From: the human T2T-CHM13v2.0 reference genome, Homo sapiens
Assembly (NCBI RefSeq): GCF_009914755.1
Contig: NC_060946.1
Length of the DNA stretch: 64,000 bases
Strand: one strand, 5' to 3'
The notes under the pieces are model-generated. The model did no database searches. It was not told where the DNA came from and was given only the letters and a program-made list of their open reading frames with translations. The number at the start of each line of letters is the position of its first letter. The first letter of the stretch is position 1. Shown piece after piece: positions 1 to 18,489 of this stretch. The translations under genes were made by a program, and so were the position numbers.

Positions 1-1873
1 GCTGATAACCTCTGTACTTAAGAACATACATGTGATGAATGCAGTCAACACTCATGATTGTTTTCTAAACAAAGTACCTATTTTGATAGAATCGTAAGGA
101 AAGAAATATTGCCAACAGTACACAGAATTATCTCTGGAATATTACTTTTTACTTTTAAAACTATCTCCTGCAGTTGGGACGTTTTTTATTATTCTCTGGA
201 AGCATTATTAACTTTAGTATTTATAGTTATACCTTGCACATAAATTTATTCAGCTCTAAAACTCAGGAATCCTTTTGACTTGATGTTTAAAATAAATTTC
301 TTCTCTCTTCATGTGAGTATTGAGTCATGAGTGACAGGCATAGTGTATTTGAAGACAAGTAAGTCTTCAGCTTGCATAGTCATATGATTATTTTACTTGA
401 TCCTTTCTCTGATTTTTAACTATTATCTTTATGGCATAAGTAGGCAATTAGAGCTATTAGTATATCATTTCAGGAGAATCAGAAAACCATATGAACTTTA
501 AAATAGATTTTGCATTTCTCTCTTATATGTTAGAAGTACTTAAAATGCCTTATAATTCTATAATAGAATAAACATTTGTGCAAGTTAAAAACTTTTAAGA
601 TGATTTTTTGAAAATGAGCTTTCTTAGGACACCTTGACTTACTGGTTTAGATAACTGTTTTCATTAAGTTCAAAAATGCAGATGACCATAATATTCCAGA
701 AATAAATATCTGCATACATTTAGAAAATATATTTTATATCTTTTAATCCAGTATAGAAATATATAATTGAAATTTTGAATCCCATGTTTTGTTTTCTTTT
801 TATTTTCAAAACTTCAGGGTTCTACATAGGTTTAAATTATTGAATCCTACCAGTTTAGTATATTTTACAAATGTTGACCTTCTCAACAACATATGGTTTT
901 TTTGAGTAAGGTCATCTATTTCTACTCCAAATGTATTTACCCAGATCAGTCTTCTAAGTCCCCTTTGTGCCTCAAATTTAACAGGTCTCAAACTGCCTTC
1001 CAGATTCTTTCCTGACTCTTTGTAATCCATGCTGTCATCTCACTTCCCAATTTTAGTAAATAACACCAAGAAGGTAGCAATGAAACATTGAAGCAGAAAA
1101 ACTGCACTCCAGGTTTCCCTCACATAGCCAATCCAGTGACTCACCAATTTTTGTATTTTCTACCTTTAACCATTTCTCATATCTTATTACTGTAATACAC
1201 TGTCGGCCCTATACTTTTGGAATGTTCGTTTTTGTTTCTTTCTTCTCCCCATGTTTATCTATCTATATATGTCTTTCAGGGTGACCTTTCTTAAACATGT
1301 TTACTTTGATCTAAGTCATCTGTTTATGGCTGGACCCTCATTACATGAAACAAACATTTACATTCTAGCATAACACTTATTTTGTGGTTTGGCCTGTTTC
1401 TCCCATTTTATCTCTCCACTCCACTTTCTCTGTCTGTGTCCAAGTTTTACCACGTTATTGTGGTATTTCTTATTGGCTATGCTGTTTCATGCTTTATTTT
1501 TTTGCACATGCTGCCCTCACTAGAAACACTTCACACTCTTACTCTTCCCTTTTCTATTTTAAAAATAGAACCCTAAATTTGCAGTTTCTCAGAAGCTTCC
1601 CAAGTAGAATTAAGTGTTATTGCCTTTGTGCTATCACTGTATTTTATTGACTTGAATTGTAGAAATAATGAATTGTGTCTTTCTGCTTTTGTTTGTTTTT
1701 ATAAATTTCTTTTTTCACTTGATAAATAAATAAAATTGGTATTTTATTCATATTATCAGATTTTCCAGTATAGATCTTATGAATTTATAGACACGGAAAA
1801 TGTTTCTTGAATTACTGACTGATTAAGTAGTAAATATGACATTTTCTGAAGATTTCTTTTTTTTTTTAAATAG

Positions 1874-1990
1874 GAAAGAAAAGCACTACCAGCAACTGGA
1901 CAAAAAGCAAATGGTATTGGTATTATAAAAAGTGCTCCATGAGAGCAATCAAATAATGATAATGTTGTATTTTGTGTACAATAAAAGATG
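1874..1990 (+). pseudogene. ANKRD26/36-family exon remnant (ERKALPATGQKANGIGIIKSAP*EQSNNDN...)
   Basis: Poly-T tract plus TAG acceptor at 1872-73; donor GTGAGG at 1991 (alternative GT at 1996); in-frame stops at 1940 and 1982; resembles the ANKRD26-type NGIGIIESAP-EQTNNDN motif. Confidence 0.6.
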
Positions 1991-2029
1991 GTGAGGTAGT
2001 GAATATAGCTGAATAATTTTCTATGCTTT

Positions 2030-2200
2030 AATAATATAATTTTTGAAAATAAATATAACTAATTTAAATATAATTTAAAATAAATTTAAAATTAAATTAA
2101 TTGTTAAATTACATTAAATTATAAGCCTAATTTTAATTAAATTATAGTTATAATTTATTAATTTTAATAGTAAATATAATTTAATTTAAACATACTTTTT
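2030..2200. repeat. Extremely AT-rich low-complexity tract
   Basis: Nearly all A/T. Confidence 0.8.
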
Positions 2201-2755
2201 CTTAAAACTTTGGTGAACACTTAAACTTGTAGATCAAAATATAATATTCATTGTTGAGAAATGGACATTAGTATATTTACAAAAAAATGTGAGGTGCGAT
2301 TGTGTAAATTAAGAAAGCAGCTGGCTAGGTATTTGGAGGTTTCTGATGAGGAAACTTGAGGGAACTCACTTTATGTAGACTCAGTATATTCCCACTCAAA
2401 GAGAAGATTAAATGATTGCTGCTTTGGAGCTTACTGGAGGCAGAGGGTAGAAGAATGACAGGAAACCACAGAAACTCATTTCTTCTCTCTATAGGGGTTA
2501 CACATCAATGATATGTGCTTCATTCATGTTTGTTAGTGAACTGGGATGCACTTGGATATCAAAACATTGGCAGTTTTCTTTAAAACAATGCTGTTTTTGA
2601 TGAAATAGCCATTGTATAAAAGTACCTCAGAGGCTGCTATGCTATAGCATATCAAACTGACTAGAAAAAAAACAAACGAGAAATTTATTTCTTTAGTACT
2701 AAAAGTGTAACTGTCAATAATCATGGCAAATATTTTGATATGTAAAAGTTGATTA

Positions 2756-3068
<313 letters not shown>

Positions 3069-3338
3069 TCAATGGTGATTCAGACATTTTTGGTTACATT
3101 TTGTAAATGAAAATCTGAGTACTCATTAGTTATTTGATGTGTAACATATACTTTTTTTGCATAAGGGAATGAAAAGATGGCAAGAGAACTAAAGTTGAGA
3201 ATCCAGAAGTTGAAAATATCAGAAGTCTTCATGACTGTGGATAACATGAGTATTTTTAGAAAGGACTTTTCTCCAAGTAGATATCTAAACTAATGATTGA
3301 GAGCATTTCCTGCCAGCAGAAGCGAATGATACATTTTC

Positions 3339-3639
3339 TTTTCTTTTCTTTTCTTTTGAGATGGAGTCTCGCTCTGTCACCCAGGCTTGAGTGCAGTTGC
3401 GGGATGTCAGCTCACTGCCAACTCCGCCTCCCGGGGTTCACGCCATTCTCCTGCCTCAGCCTCCTGAGTAGCTGGGACTACAGGCGCCTGCCACCAAGCC
3501 CAGCTACTTTTATGCATTTTTAGTAGAGATGGGGTTTCACGGTGTTAGCCAGGATGGTATCGATCTCCTGACTTCGTGATCTGCCCGCCTCGGCCTCCCA
3601 AAGTGCTGGGATTACAGGCGTGAGCCACCGCGCCCGGCC
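3339..3639 (-). mobile_element. AluY
   Basis: Full dimer; 17-bp TSD GCGAAT(G/A)ATACATTTTC (3322-38 / 3640-56). Confidence 0.95.
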
Positions 3640-4047
3640 GCGAATAATACATTTTCATGCTCTCTCATTGCAACTTCATAGTTTCTAACATTTATTCTTC
3701 TGGGGTCCGCTTTGGTTCTCTCATTTGACGTCACTTTTTTTGGCTTCATCCAGCAGATTCACATTCGTAGAAATACTTTTCTATGTTACTTGTAGTCATG
3801 TGAAACCTAATCTCACCCTTGCAATCTGGACTGCATGTTTTATAGAATCTATATTGTGATTTTTCATGTGAATATTCCTGTCATGTTTGTGTGTTAACCA
3901 AAACAAGAGCAAAGCAACCCAAAGCCTAATGGGTAACAATTTCAAGGGCAAGGACGAAGATTTCAGCTGGATACAAACACTGCATGATTGATGGTAGGCT
4001 GTGTCATATTTCCCTGTAGTCAATTTTGTGTTCCTTTTGTTTTGTAG

Positions 4048-4234
4048 TGTCTCCTGAGCAACCGCCTTTATTCACGGTAAGCATATTTTCTTTAATTATT
4101 AACAAAATGCTCTGTGATATATACATGATATATTAGTCATTATGTTGTCAAACCCATTCAGCATACGGTGAAAGACAGAGATCACATTTCAACTAGATTC
4201 TTAGTAAGTATGGATTCACCAACTTCCAGTGAAG
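4048..4234 (+). pseudogene. ANKRD36 repeat exon pair 1: 4048-4076 (29 nt, SPEQPPLFT) and 4162-4234 (73 nt, HTVKDRDHISTRFLVSMDSPTSSE)
   Basis: AG/GT boundaries; the 29+73 nt pattern recurs four times in the window. Confidence 0.88.
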
Positions 4235-6690
4235 GTAAATTTGCCACTACAAATTTCATTCTAGAAAATGTAGATGAAAATATTGAAAATGCTCATAGTT
4301 TTTTGATTCCCACTTTTTATCCAAATGAGATGGAAGGATTTGATGTAAATATGCTGATGTTCTTGTTAATATCTTTGTTTATAAAATGATATTTAAGGCA
4401 TAAGGCGGACATTTTACACCATGAGCTCTAGCCCAAATGCTTTTCCTTTAAAGTTGTCATCATCTGAAGATCCCAGTTTTGAATTCCTGTGCATGTTAGG
4501 GATTTGAGGAGGTGTATTTTGACACTAAGTATTTTCAGTGCTTCAAAATTGATTGCAATACTCTTCTCTCTTCTTCATCTAGAGAAAAGCTATACCTGCT
4601 GAAGTTACAATTGTTTTAGAACTTCAACTCCTTTATGTCAGTGTTGTTACATTGAGAATCTTTACTTAATCACATCTTCTGATTACCAGATTGAGTTTCT
4701 GCATGTGTATGTGTGTGTGCATCTCAGATTAAGAATGAATAAAATGATTAATCATTCTTTTGTAACTCTTTGGTAGATACAGTGTTTTAAAACAATGATT
4801 CTGAGCTGTTTTGGCCTTAGAATATTTTCTTCTACTACAATTTATTGCCTACAGGTAGCCAACAGCCTGAATTAACGTTTTTTACTTTTAAGTCACTGCA
4901 ATGCACATTAAAAATACTTTACAAGATACTTGCACTTTCATAGGTAACATGTAGAATCTGTTTCCAAGTATCAAGTCTTCTATACGATTTCACACAGCGT
5001 ACATAATAGCTGCAACTCGGCTTTTCTAATCAGTGGTATATATTTTGGATCTATCCAGGTTGACACAATTTGTTCATCTTTGATTTGTTGTATGGTCTTG
5101 TGGTATGCCATTTTATGACTGCACCACAATTAATTAAAGTCTCTTTATGCTGATACAAAATGAACATAAATATGATGACATGCCAACATAGATTTGCTTA
5201 TGTGGTTGTCTTTATTGATTTGTACTATATAAGAAATTAAATAGAAGTATTTCAGATACCCTGAGTATAGCTGTATACACTGCCATAGCTGTATTGACTA
5301 CATTCATTACCCCTTAGAGCCATGTTTTTCCATCATATTATGACTCTGAAAAACGCTAGTGTATGCTTTTCAGAGAATGACATTGGAAAGAAGAAACGGC
5401 CAAAGTATCATTTGGTACCTTGGCTTCCTTACATAGATGTTGAACTCCAAGAATGATCAAATCACAGTTTAGAACCCCTTTGTTGGGCCCTATAAAGGGT
5501 TTCCGGATATCAAATGATAAATAGTCTCCAGATGAAGAAATGCTCTATAACGCCCCACCGCTGTGTTTTCCTATATTTTGTCCTTTTCTGAAAACTTTAA
5601 ATACACGAATTTTTGGTAGAAATGAAAATCTTTCTGTTTTATATATTTGTTTCTGTCCATGGCACTCTGATATCTTTGAATCTAGTAAGGATATAGCCTT
5701 GTCTTATTTATACCAGCAAGCAGTGTTGTCACTTAATGCTCTCATTTTTCACGTAAATGACTGACATTTTCCCAAGTCTTCACAAGTGATTTTTGAAGAC
5801 GTTGCTGCATTGAGCAGAGACTATGTCATTGTAATTGCAGAAGTTTTTAAATTAAATATGTTTAATAAAATTTTAGAGCCTGTTTCTGTGGAACACATAA
5901 CACATAATGGTGGTGTAATGTGTATTTAACCATAAATTAGCTTCACAAAAATTTGTGTACTTAAAAGTGTTTATATCCAAAGAAATTCTTATTTACTGCT
6001 CAGTAATCTCTTGTGTAGAAGAAAATATGTAACATAGTTTGCTGAGTCTTTGATAATAACCCCCAGTGTAAAATAAAGCCGTAAAGATGAAATGAGAGTT
6101 GATACTCAATGAAACTGATGTGAGTGAATACAAACTATGAAACTGTGTCTAGGGGAGAGAGGAGGACATGGGGCTGCTATTGTGAAGAAGGAATTTGTAC
6201 AAGTTAGTCAATTTTCTGTAACTTTTATATTCTAATAAAGGAAAACCATATCTTCATATTTATAAAAATGGGATTTTACTGGTTTGATCACAGGGGTGGT
6301 GAGAATAATGAAGAACAAAATGTGGAAGGCAAAGAATGAAGACCAGATAGTGAGATTAGATTTATCAACAAAAAAGAGTGCAAGTGGGGTGGGATGGTGT
6401 AAATAAAGATAGCAGCTGGCTAGGTGTTTGGGGGTTTCTGATGAGGAAACCTGAGAAAACTCACTTTATGGGGACCTGCTATATTCGCAGTCGAACAGAA
6501 TATTGGATTATTGTTGCTTCAGAGCTTAATGGAAGCAGAGGTGGAAGAATGAGTAAACCACAGGGACTCAATTCTTCTCTCTGTAGGGGTAACACATCGA
6601 CACTAGGATAGGTGCTTCATGTTAGCAAAATGCGATGCAGTGCATGTCAAACTGTGGAAGCAAAACAATCAAGAAAAAAATTTCTTAAGT

Positions 6691-6760
6691 ATTATTTATT
6701 TATTTATTGTTATTATACTTTAAGTTTTAGGGTACATGTGCACAACGTGCAGGTTTGTTA
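6691..6760 (-). mobile_element. Very short 5'-truncated L1PA 3' end plus tail
   Basis: TATTATACTTTAAGTTTTAGGGTACATGTGCACAACGTGCAGGTTTGTTA; absent from the paralogous unit at about 2690. Confidence 0.85.
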
Positions 6761-7403
6761 AAATGTAACTGTCAATGATCATGGCAAATATTTTGATATA
6801 TAAAAGGTGATTAACATGAAAAAAGCCTCTGATATTTCAAATATTTTGGTTAGATTTGTTTTATGGGAATCTAATTACATATTAGGTATTTGGAGTGTAA
6901 TGTATACATTTCTTGCATAAGTGAATGAAGAGATGGCAGGAGGGCTAAAGTTGAGAATCCAGGAAATGGAAAAACACCAGAAGTCTGCATGACTGTGGAC
7001 AACATGAGTATTTTTGTTAACTATGCTTCTGTATGTAGATATCTGAACTAATGAACTGAGAATACATCCTGCAAGCAGAAGGGAATGATACATTTTAATG
7101 AAATTGATAGTTTTTAAGTTAGAGGACAAAATGAAGAACAGGAAAACTATTGTAGTATTGTAGTATAAATGGTTCTTGGGTGATTTCTTCAGGGTACACC
7201 ATAGCGTTCTACCATGGGCTTTGACATTTATCCTCCTGGGGTCCTTTCATTTGACATCACATTTTTTGGCTTCAGTTAAGAGAATCACTTTGGTAGAAGT
7301 ACTTCCTTGTGTTAGTTGTAGTCATGTGAAACCTAATCTCTCTCTTGAAATCTGGACTACATGTTTTATGAAAACTTAATTATGTGTCCCTTTTGCTTTG
7401 TAG

Positions 7404-7700
<297 letters not shown>

Positions 7701-8290
7701 TAGAAGGATTTGATCTAAATGATGCTGATGCTGTTGTTAGTGTCTATGATTATAAAATGATATTTAGAAGAACAAGGAAAAGAAATGTTTAAAATGTGAG
7801 CTCTAGCTCAGATGCTTTTCCTTTTAGGTTGTGATAAATATCCAATGTGGAATTTGTATGCATGTTAGGGGTTCAAGGAGGTGAATTTTGAAACTATAAA
7901 TATTTTTCAGTGTTTCAATTTCTGGTTGCAATACTGTCCTTTACCTAGAGAAAAGCTATACCAGCTGACATTACAATTGTGTTAGAACTTCAACTTCTTT
8001 ATGTCGGTGTTGCCACACTGAGAACCTTCAAATCCTCACCCAGTCACATGCTCTGATTACCAGCTTTTGAATTTCTGCATGTCTATGTGCGTGTGTGCTT
8101 TTGTTTGTGAGTTTGGGTGTGTGTGATACCTCTGATTCTGGAAAATGAATAAAGTCATTAATCATTTTTTGGTGACTCTTTGGTAGATACAGGGTTTTAA
8201 AGCAATGATTCTGAGCTGTTTTAGCCTTAGAATCTTTTCTACTACTACAATTCATTGCCTACAGGTAACCAACAACCTGAATTAATGTTG

Positions 8291-10295
<2,005 letters not shown>

Positions 10296-11169
10296 GCTTT
10301 ATTTGGAAGTGTGCAATGAGGTACGTCTGAGTTTCAAAAATGAAGAAAGTAAGTAGTCATGCTTTCCTGACTCTTTGGTAGACAGCCTTTTAGGACGGTG
10401 ATTCTGAGCTGTTACTGTTTTGGGTTTTCTATAATACTAAAGCTTACTGCCGACATGTAACCAAGAGCTTGAATTAATTAAAAAGAAATCACCCAAATGC
10501 ACATTAAAAACCTCTTACAACATATGTGCACATTCATAGATAACATGTAGAACTTGATTTTGTGTATTAAAAACTTGTAGAAAAGTTCAGGCAGTGCACT
10601 TATTGAATGCAACTTGGTCTTTGTAAAATCAGTGATATATATTTCAGATCTATCCACCTTGACCCAGTGAGGTATTTCTTGATTTATTGTATGATCTCAT
10701 GATATGCCATGTGATGACTACAGCATATTATGCTCTCTTCATGCTGATACCATATGGACTTAAATATGATGACATACCAGCATGGATATGCTTACGTGGT
10801 TGGTTTTATTGATTTGTACTATATTAGAAATGAAACAGAAGTATTGGAAATCCTAGCAAGCATAGCTGTATCTCTCCCATGGCTGTGTTAATTGCAACTG
10901 TTTCCCCCTTAAAGCATGTCTGTTTGACATGTCCTAACTCTGAGAAAATCCAGTGTGTGCTTTTCAGAGAATAGCAGTAAGGAGTGGAAATGGCCAATGG
11001 TCAAAGTGTCACTTGTCCTCTTGGCTCCCCTTCATGAATGTTAAACTCTAAACTACTCAGGTCACAATTTAGAACCCCTTTGTTGATCCCTATAGAGTGT
11101 TCCCAGATATCAAATGACAAATAGGTCTTTGATGAAGAAACACCCTGTAAAGCCATATTGCTCTGGTTT

Positions 11170-11207
11170 TTGTGTGTGAGTGTGTGTGTGTGTGTGTATG
11201 TGTGTGT
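11170..11207. repeat. (TG)n microsatellite
   Basis: Seen directly. Confidence 0.9.
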
Positions 11208-13762
11208 ATTTTCTTCTCTTTTGAAAACTGTAAATAGAGGAATTTTCATTACAAATGAAAATGTTTCTGTTCCATATTTATTTCCTGTCTAATGTACTTT
11301 GCTCTTCCTGGATCTAGTAAGGATCTCAGCTTGTCTTTTTTATACCTGCAAAAAATTACATCAAGCTTCATTTTTCATGTCAATTACTGACATATTTTCA
11401 AGCCTTCACAAGTTATTTCTGAATATTTGGTGCATCAAGGAGAGACTGTCATTGTAGTTAAAGAAGTTTTTAAATAGGTTATATTCAATAAAATTTCAGA
11501 GCTTGTTTCTCTGGAAAGCATAGACATAGTGGTGTTATGGGTAGTTAAACATAAAATAGCTCCACAAAGTGTTGTGTACATAAAAGTGTTCATATCCTGG
11601 AAAATTCTACTTTATTGCTCAGTACTGTCTGCTGGAGAGGAAAATAGGTAAGATAGGCTGCTGAGCCTATGATAATAACTCATAATATGAGGTGAAAGCA
11701 TAGAGACAAAATGAGAGATGATAGATACTCAAACGGATGTGAGTGAAGAACAGCTGTGAACGTGTCTATGGGAGATAGGAGGCCATGGGGCTGCTTTTGT
11801 GAAGAAGGAATTTGTACACGTTAGTCAAGTGTCTTGACACATTTAACATTTTAATAAAGCAAAACCTTATCTTCAGATGTGTCAGAATAGGATTGTACAG
11901 ATGTCACATTACAGTGGTGGTGAAAATAATGAAGAAACGAATGTAGAGGTCAAAGAATCAAGTCCACCAATATGGATATTAGATTTATGAACGAAAAAGA
12001 GTGTATGTCAAATTGGGCAGGTGTAAACAAAGAAAGCAGCTAGCTAGGTAATTTGGAGGTTTCTGATGAGGAGATTTGTGGGAAGTCACTTAATGGAAAG
12101 CAGAGGTTAGAAGGATGAAGGTGACCCACAGGATCTCATTTCTTCTCCCTAGAAGTTTTGCATATCAATGATACATGCTTCGTTCACATCAGTTTTTCTT
12201 TTTTGGAAAGCTGTGTTTGCTGGTGTAGTTATTTTGAAAAAGAACCTGAGAGACCCCTGTGGTATATCATGTGAAACTAGATTTAGAAAAAAGGAATCAA
12301 AGAATGCATTTTTAGAGTACTAAACAGATAACTGCCAATAATGGTGACAATCATGACATATGTATATATATGTATTATGTCGTATTGGTTGGTTATTTAT
12401 AAGAAAAGAAGTCTCTAGTGATTTAGAAACTTTGTTTAGTTTATTTTCATAGGAATCTGATTACACATTATTTCACTGATGTGTATGTTTTTGCAAAAGT
12501 GGACGAAGAGACGGTGAGAAGGCCGAACTGCTGAATCCAGGAAATGTAAAAACATCAGGAGTCTTCATGAGCATAAACAAAATGATTTTTTAAATTATAA
12601 CTCTTAGATTAAGTGAACTCACTTCAGATGCATTCAGAATATTTGCATAAAGGATGATTTGATTTTTGGCTGTTCCAGGAACTACTGGAAGCAGGAAACA
12701 GTGATAGAGTTGGGATAAACCACAGTGACTCATTATTCCTCTTTGTTACTATTGGGCACCAGAGGTATATGTTTTGTTGATATTGGTTATTCAAATGAGA
12801 TAAACGTGAATATGCATACATTGGCTTTGTTTTTCAAGGAGCTGTTGGATAAAATAGCAACTTAATAAAAATTCTCTAGAGAATAACATGATAATTTAAC
12901 CAGACTATTTTAGAAGTGAAAATAATGTTGAATTCATTACTTGACTCCCAAATGGTTATTTTCAAGGAATATTGGCGTGATTTCCAGATGTAAAAGCTTA
13001 TTCATATCTAATGCTTGTAGCAATTTTATTTTGTATAAGTATGTCAAATTTGGTAATTTATTAAACTTTTTGATGAAGTTTATACATTATACCTTGTTGC
13101 CATGAGTGGATGAAGATTTCGGAAGGCTAAACTAGAAGATGCAAGAGATGTAGGCACATTATTACACCATATGGGTGTGAGAAATAATGAACATTACATA
13201 CTATAATTCACCAAACATATATCCAAGCTGATTAAGTTAGGACACTTCCACTGAAGAGCTGTGAAGTGTACATTCAACTAAAGTGTCATTATAATTGTGT
13301 ACCTTCTCACTGATTGATCAAGTTAAAGAGCATGACGAATATTTGCAGTAAAATGTTCCAAATCATTCTGATATCTTGCATGAAAGACACGCGGGTGCAT
13401 GTGTCACCTGCTTTGACGTTGATTCCCAGGTGTATGAGTTGGACTCTGATTTTAGATCACATTTGTCCTCAACACTCAGCATATCCACATTGATATTGAC
13501 ATGGTTTTATTTTAGTTTTAGACATATGGAGAAAGTTATATCACATTTGAAATTGTCAGTATATATTTCTTGAAGCCTGTATTCCTATTTTCTTCAGTGT
13601 ATTTCCTTCATGTTTAGTCCCAAGAAACAAAGTATAAAATATCAAAGCCTACAGTAATACAGGCAGGAGTATAAAACTTGATGCTAACATGCTATCCATG
13701 CATTAATGTATGGATAACATTATCATATTTACATATGATTATGTAACCCTTTTGCTTTTCAG

Positions 13763-13955
13763 TGTCTTCTCAGAAACAACCAGCTGAGAAGGTAATTAAA
13801 GTCTCATTTATCTGTTGAACTATTAACTGTATAGTCTATGAAACCTACTTTACGTATTATTTTGTTTTCAAATCCCATTCAGGCTACAAGTAATGAGAAA
13901 TATTCTGTTTCAAATACAGCCACAGAAATAAAGGGGGGACCAATATCTGGGACAG
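13763..13955 (+). pseudogene. ANKRD36 repeat exon pair 3: 13763-13791 (SSQKQPAEK) and 13883-13955 (ATSNEKYSVSNTATEIKGGPISGT)
   Basis: AG/GT boundaries, 29 and 73 nt, canonical ANKRD36 repeat peptide. Confidence 0.92.
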
Positions 13956-15626
13956 GTAATTTTGCAAAACACATCTAATGTCACGTTCAATCAAGATAGA
14001 AGAGAACATCCCTTCTCCAAATAAATCAGTGGAGAGTTCATCTAAGCTGCACGTTCTGATTCAGTATGCCTGAGATTGTTCATTTGTAGTGAGTTCTCAG
14101 GTGACCCTGATGCTGCTGGTCCTTGGCCATGATCTGAGTAGTAAGATTATAGACTTCCCTACATTGAAATTGGGAAGAAGAACCATTGGAGAGCAGTTCA
14201 ACACATAACAGGCTAAGGGAGCAGCATAATTTTGCTTTAATTCTACAGCATGTTTCCGTCAAGAGGGGAAAGAGAACGAGATGAAGTAATAGATATTATA
14301 GGCATCATATCATATTGTTATAAACAGAGGGACAAGTGATCTGAATAACTCCACAAACACTGTAGAATGAGAACTAAGAAGACCACTGATGGAGCAATTA
14401 TTTTCCTCAAGGAAGAGGGATTGTGAGGCAGGACGGAGGAAAAAGAAAAAAGTATTTATGTAATTTTGGGGTTTCTGCTGAGGAAATCTGAGTGAACTCA
14501 TTTCAGATGCATTTGGAATATTTGCATTAAAGAAGATTTGATTTTGGCTGCTCCAAGAAATACTGGAAGCAGGAAACAATGCTAGAATTGGGATAAACCA
14601 CAGTGACTCATTACTCCTCTTTGTTACTATTAGGCATCAGAGATACATGTTTTGTTGACTTTAATTATAAAAATGAGATAAACTTGCATATGAATACATT
14701 GGCTTCCTTGTTCAAGGAGCAACCTCTTGGATAAAATAGCTATTTCACGAAACTTCTTTAGAGAATAACATGATAATCCCAACAAGGCTATTTTAGAAAC
14801 AAAAATGATGTTGAATTCTAATTAACTCCTAAAGTGGTCATTTTCAATGAATACTGGGGTGATTTCTGAATGTAAAACTTATCAATATCTAATGCTTGTA
14901 GCAGTTTTACTTTGTAGAAGTATGTTAACGTCGGTAATTGATGATATTTTTATTGAGGCTAATATATTATCCTTTGGTGCCATGAGTGGATGAAGAAACT
15001 TTCAGAAGGCTAAACTAGTGGATACAAGAAACTTAGGCAAATTATTACACCACATGGTGTGAGAAATAATGAATATTATCTACTAGATTTCAGGAAACAT
15101 ATGTCCAAGGTGATCAAGTTAGGACACTTCCACTGAAGAGACATGAAATGTACATTTAACTGAATTGTCATTGTAATTGTGTATGTTCTACTTATTGGGC
15201 AAGTTAAAGGGCACGATGAACGTTTGTAGTATAATGGTGTAAATCCTTCTAATTTCTTGAAAGAAAGACATACTGTGGGTCATGTACCACCTGCTTTGAC
15301 ATTGATTCTCAGGTGTGTGAGTTACCCCTCTGATTTGTCCTCATCACTCAGCATATCCACATTGATATTGACACGGTTTTATTTTAGTTTTAGACATATC
15401 ACGAATCATACCATGTTTGAAATTGTAAGGGTATATTTTGTGAAGCCTGTATTCCTTTTTTTTCGTGTATTTCTGTCGTGTTCCAGTCTCCAGACAAAAA
15501 GTAGGAAACATCAAAGCCTACACTAGTGCAGGCAGGAAGATACAGCTTGATAATAACACTGCATGATGTATGGATAAATTTATCATACGTACATATGAGT
15601 GATTATGTATCCCTTTTGCTTTTCAG

Positions 15627-17428
<1,802 letters not shown>

Positions 17429-18304
17429 GTAATTTTGCAAAACACATTTAATGTTATTTTCAATCATTTAGAAAAGAACTTCTCTTCCCCGAATAAATCA
17501 GCGGGGCGGGGCTCGTCGAAGCTGCACTTTCTGATTCAGCAGACCTGAGATTCTTCATTTGTAATAAATTCTCGGGTGATGCTGATGCTGCTGATCTGGA
17601 ACATGATCTTCGCAGTAATATTATACACTTCCTCACATTGAAATTGGGAAGAAGAAACATTGGAGAGCAGATCAAGACATAAGGGGATCAGGGGACAGCA
17701 TAATTTTGCTTTAATTCTACAGCATGTTTTCACCAAGGGTGGAAGGAGAATGAGTTGAAGTATAGATTTTACAGACGTCACATCGTATTGCTAAAAACAG
17801 ACGGAAAAGTTATTGTAATAACCAGTAAAATTGTGGAACGAGAACCAATGAGACCACTGATGTAGCAATTATTTTCCTCAAGCAAGAGGGTTTGTGAGGC
17901 AGGAAGGAGGGAAAAGAAGAAGTTATTTATGTAATTTTGGGGTTTCTGCTGAGGAAACGTGAGTCAACTCACTTCAGATGCATTTAGCATGTTTACACAA
18001 AAAGGATTTGATTTTGGCAGCTCCAGGAACTACTGGATGAAGCAAAGAAAGCTAGAATTGGGATAAACCACATTGACTAATTACTTCTCTTCGTTACTAT
18101 TAGGCATAAGACATATCTTTTGTTGATTTTTGTTATAAAAATTAGATAAACTTGAATATCAATACATTGGCTTCATTCATCCAAGTGCTATCTCATGGCT
18201 AAAATAGCTATTTAATGAATATGATTTAGAGGATAGCATGATCCTCCTAACGAGACAAAAACAACTATAATGTTGAGTTCATCAACTGACTCTTAAAATG
18301 GTTC

Positions 18305-18330
18305 ACAGGCGTGAACCACCGTGCCTGGCC
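18305..18330 (-). mobile_element. 26-bp Alu 5'-end stub at a deletion junction
   Basis: ACAGGCGTGAACCACCGTGCCTGGCC directly abuts truncated repeat-intron sequence. Confidence 0.75.
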
Positions 18331-18489
18331 TAAAAATATAAGGTTTTATTCAGATGTTTCTACTTTTACATTTTGATACTCTGAAGTTTCCAATTTGGAA
18401 TTTCAATAGTTTTTAGCGATTTAAAGAGATCAATTTTGACACTGTAAAATATTTGTTTTGCTTTAAAAGTCAATTCAAATTATGGCCAC

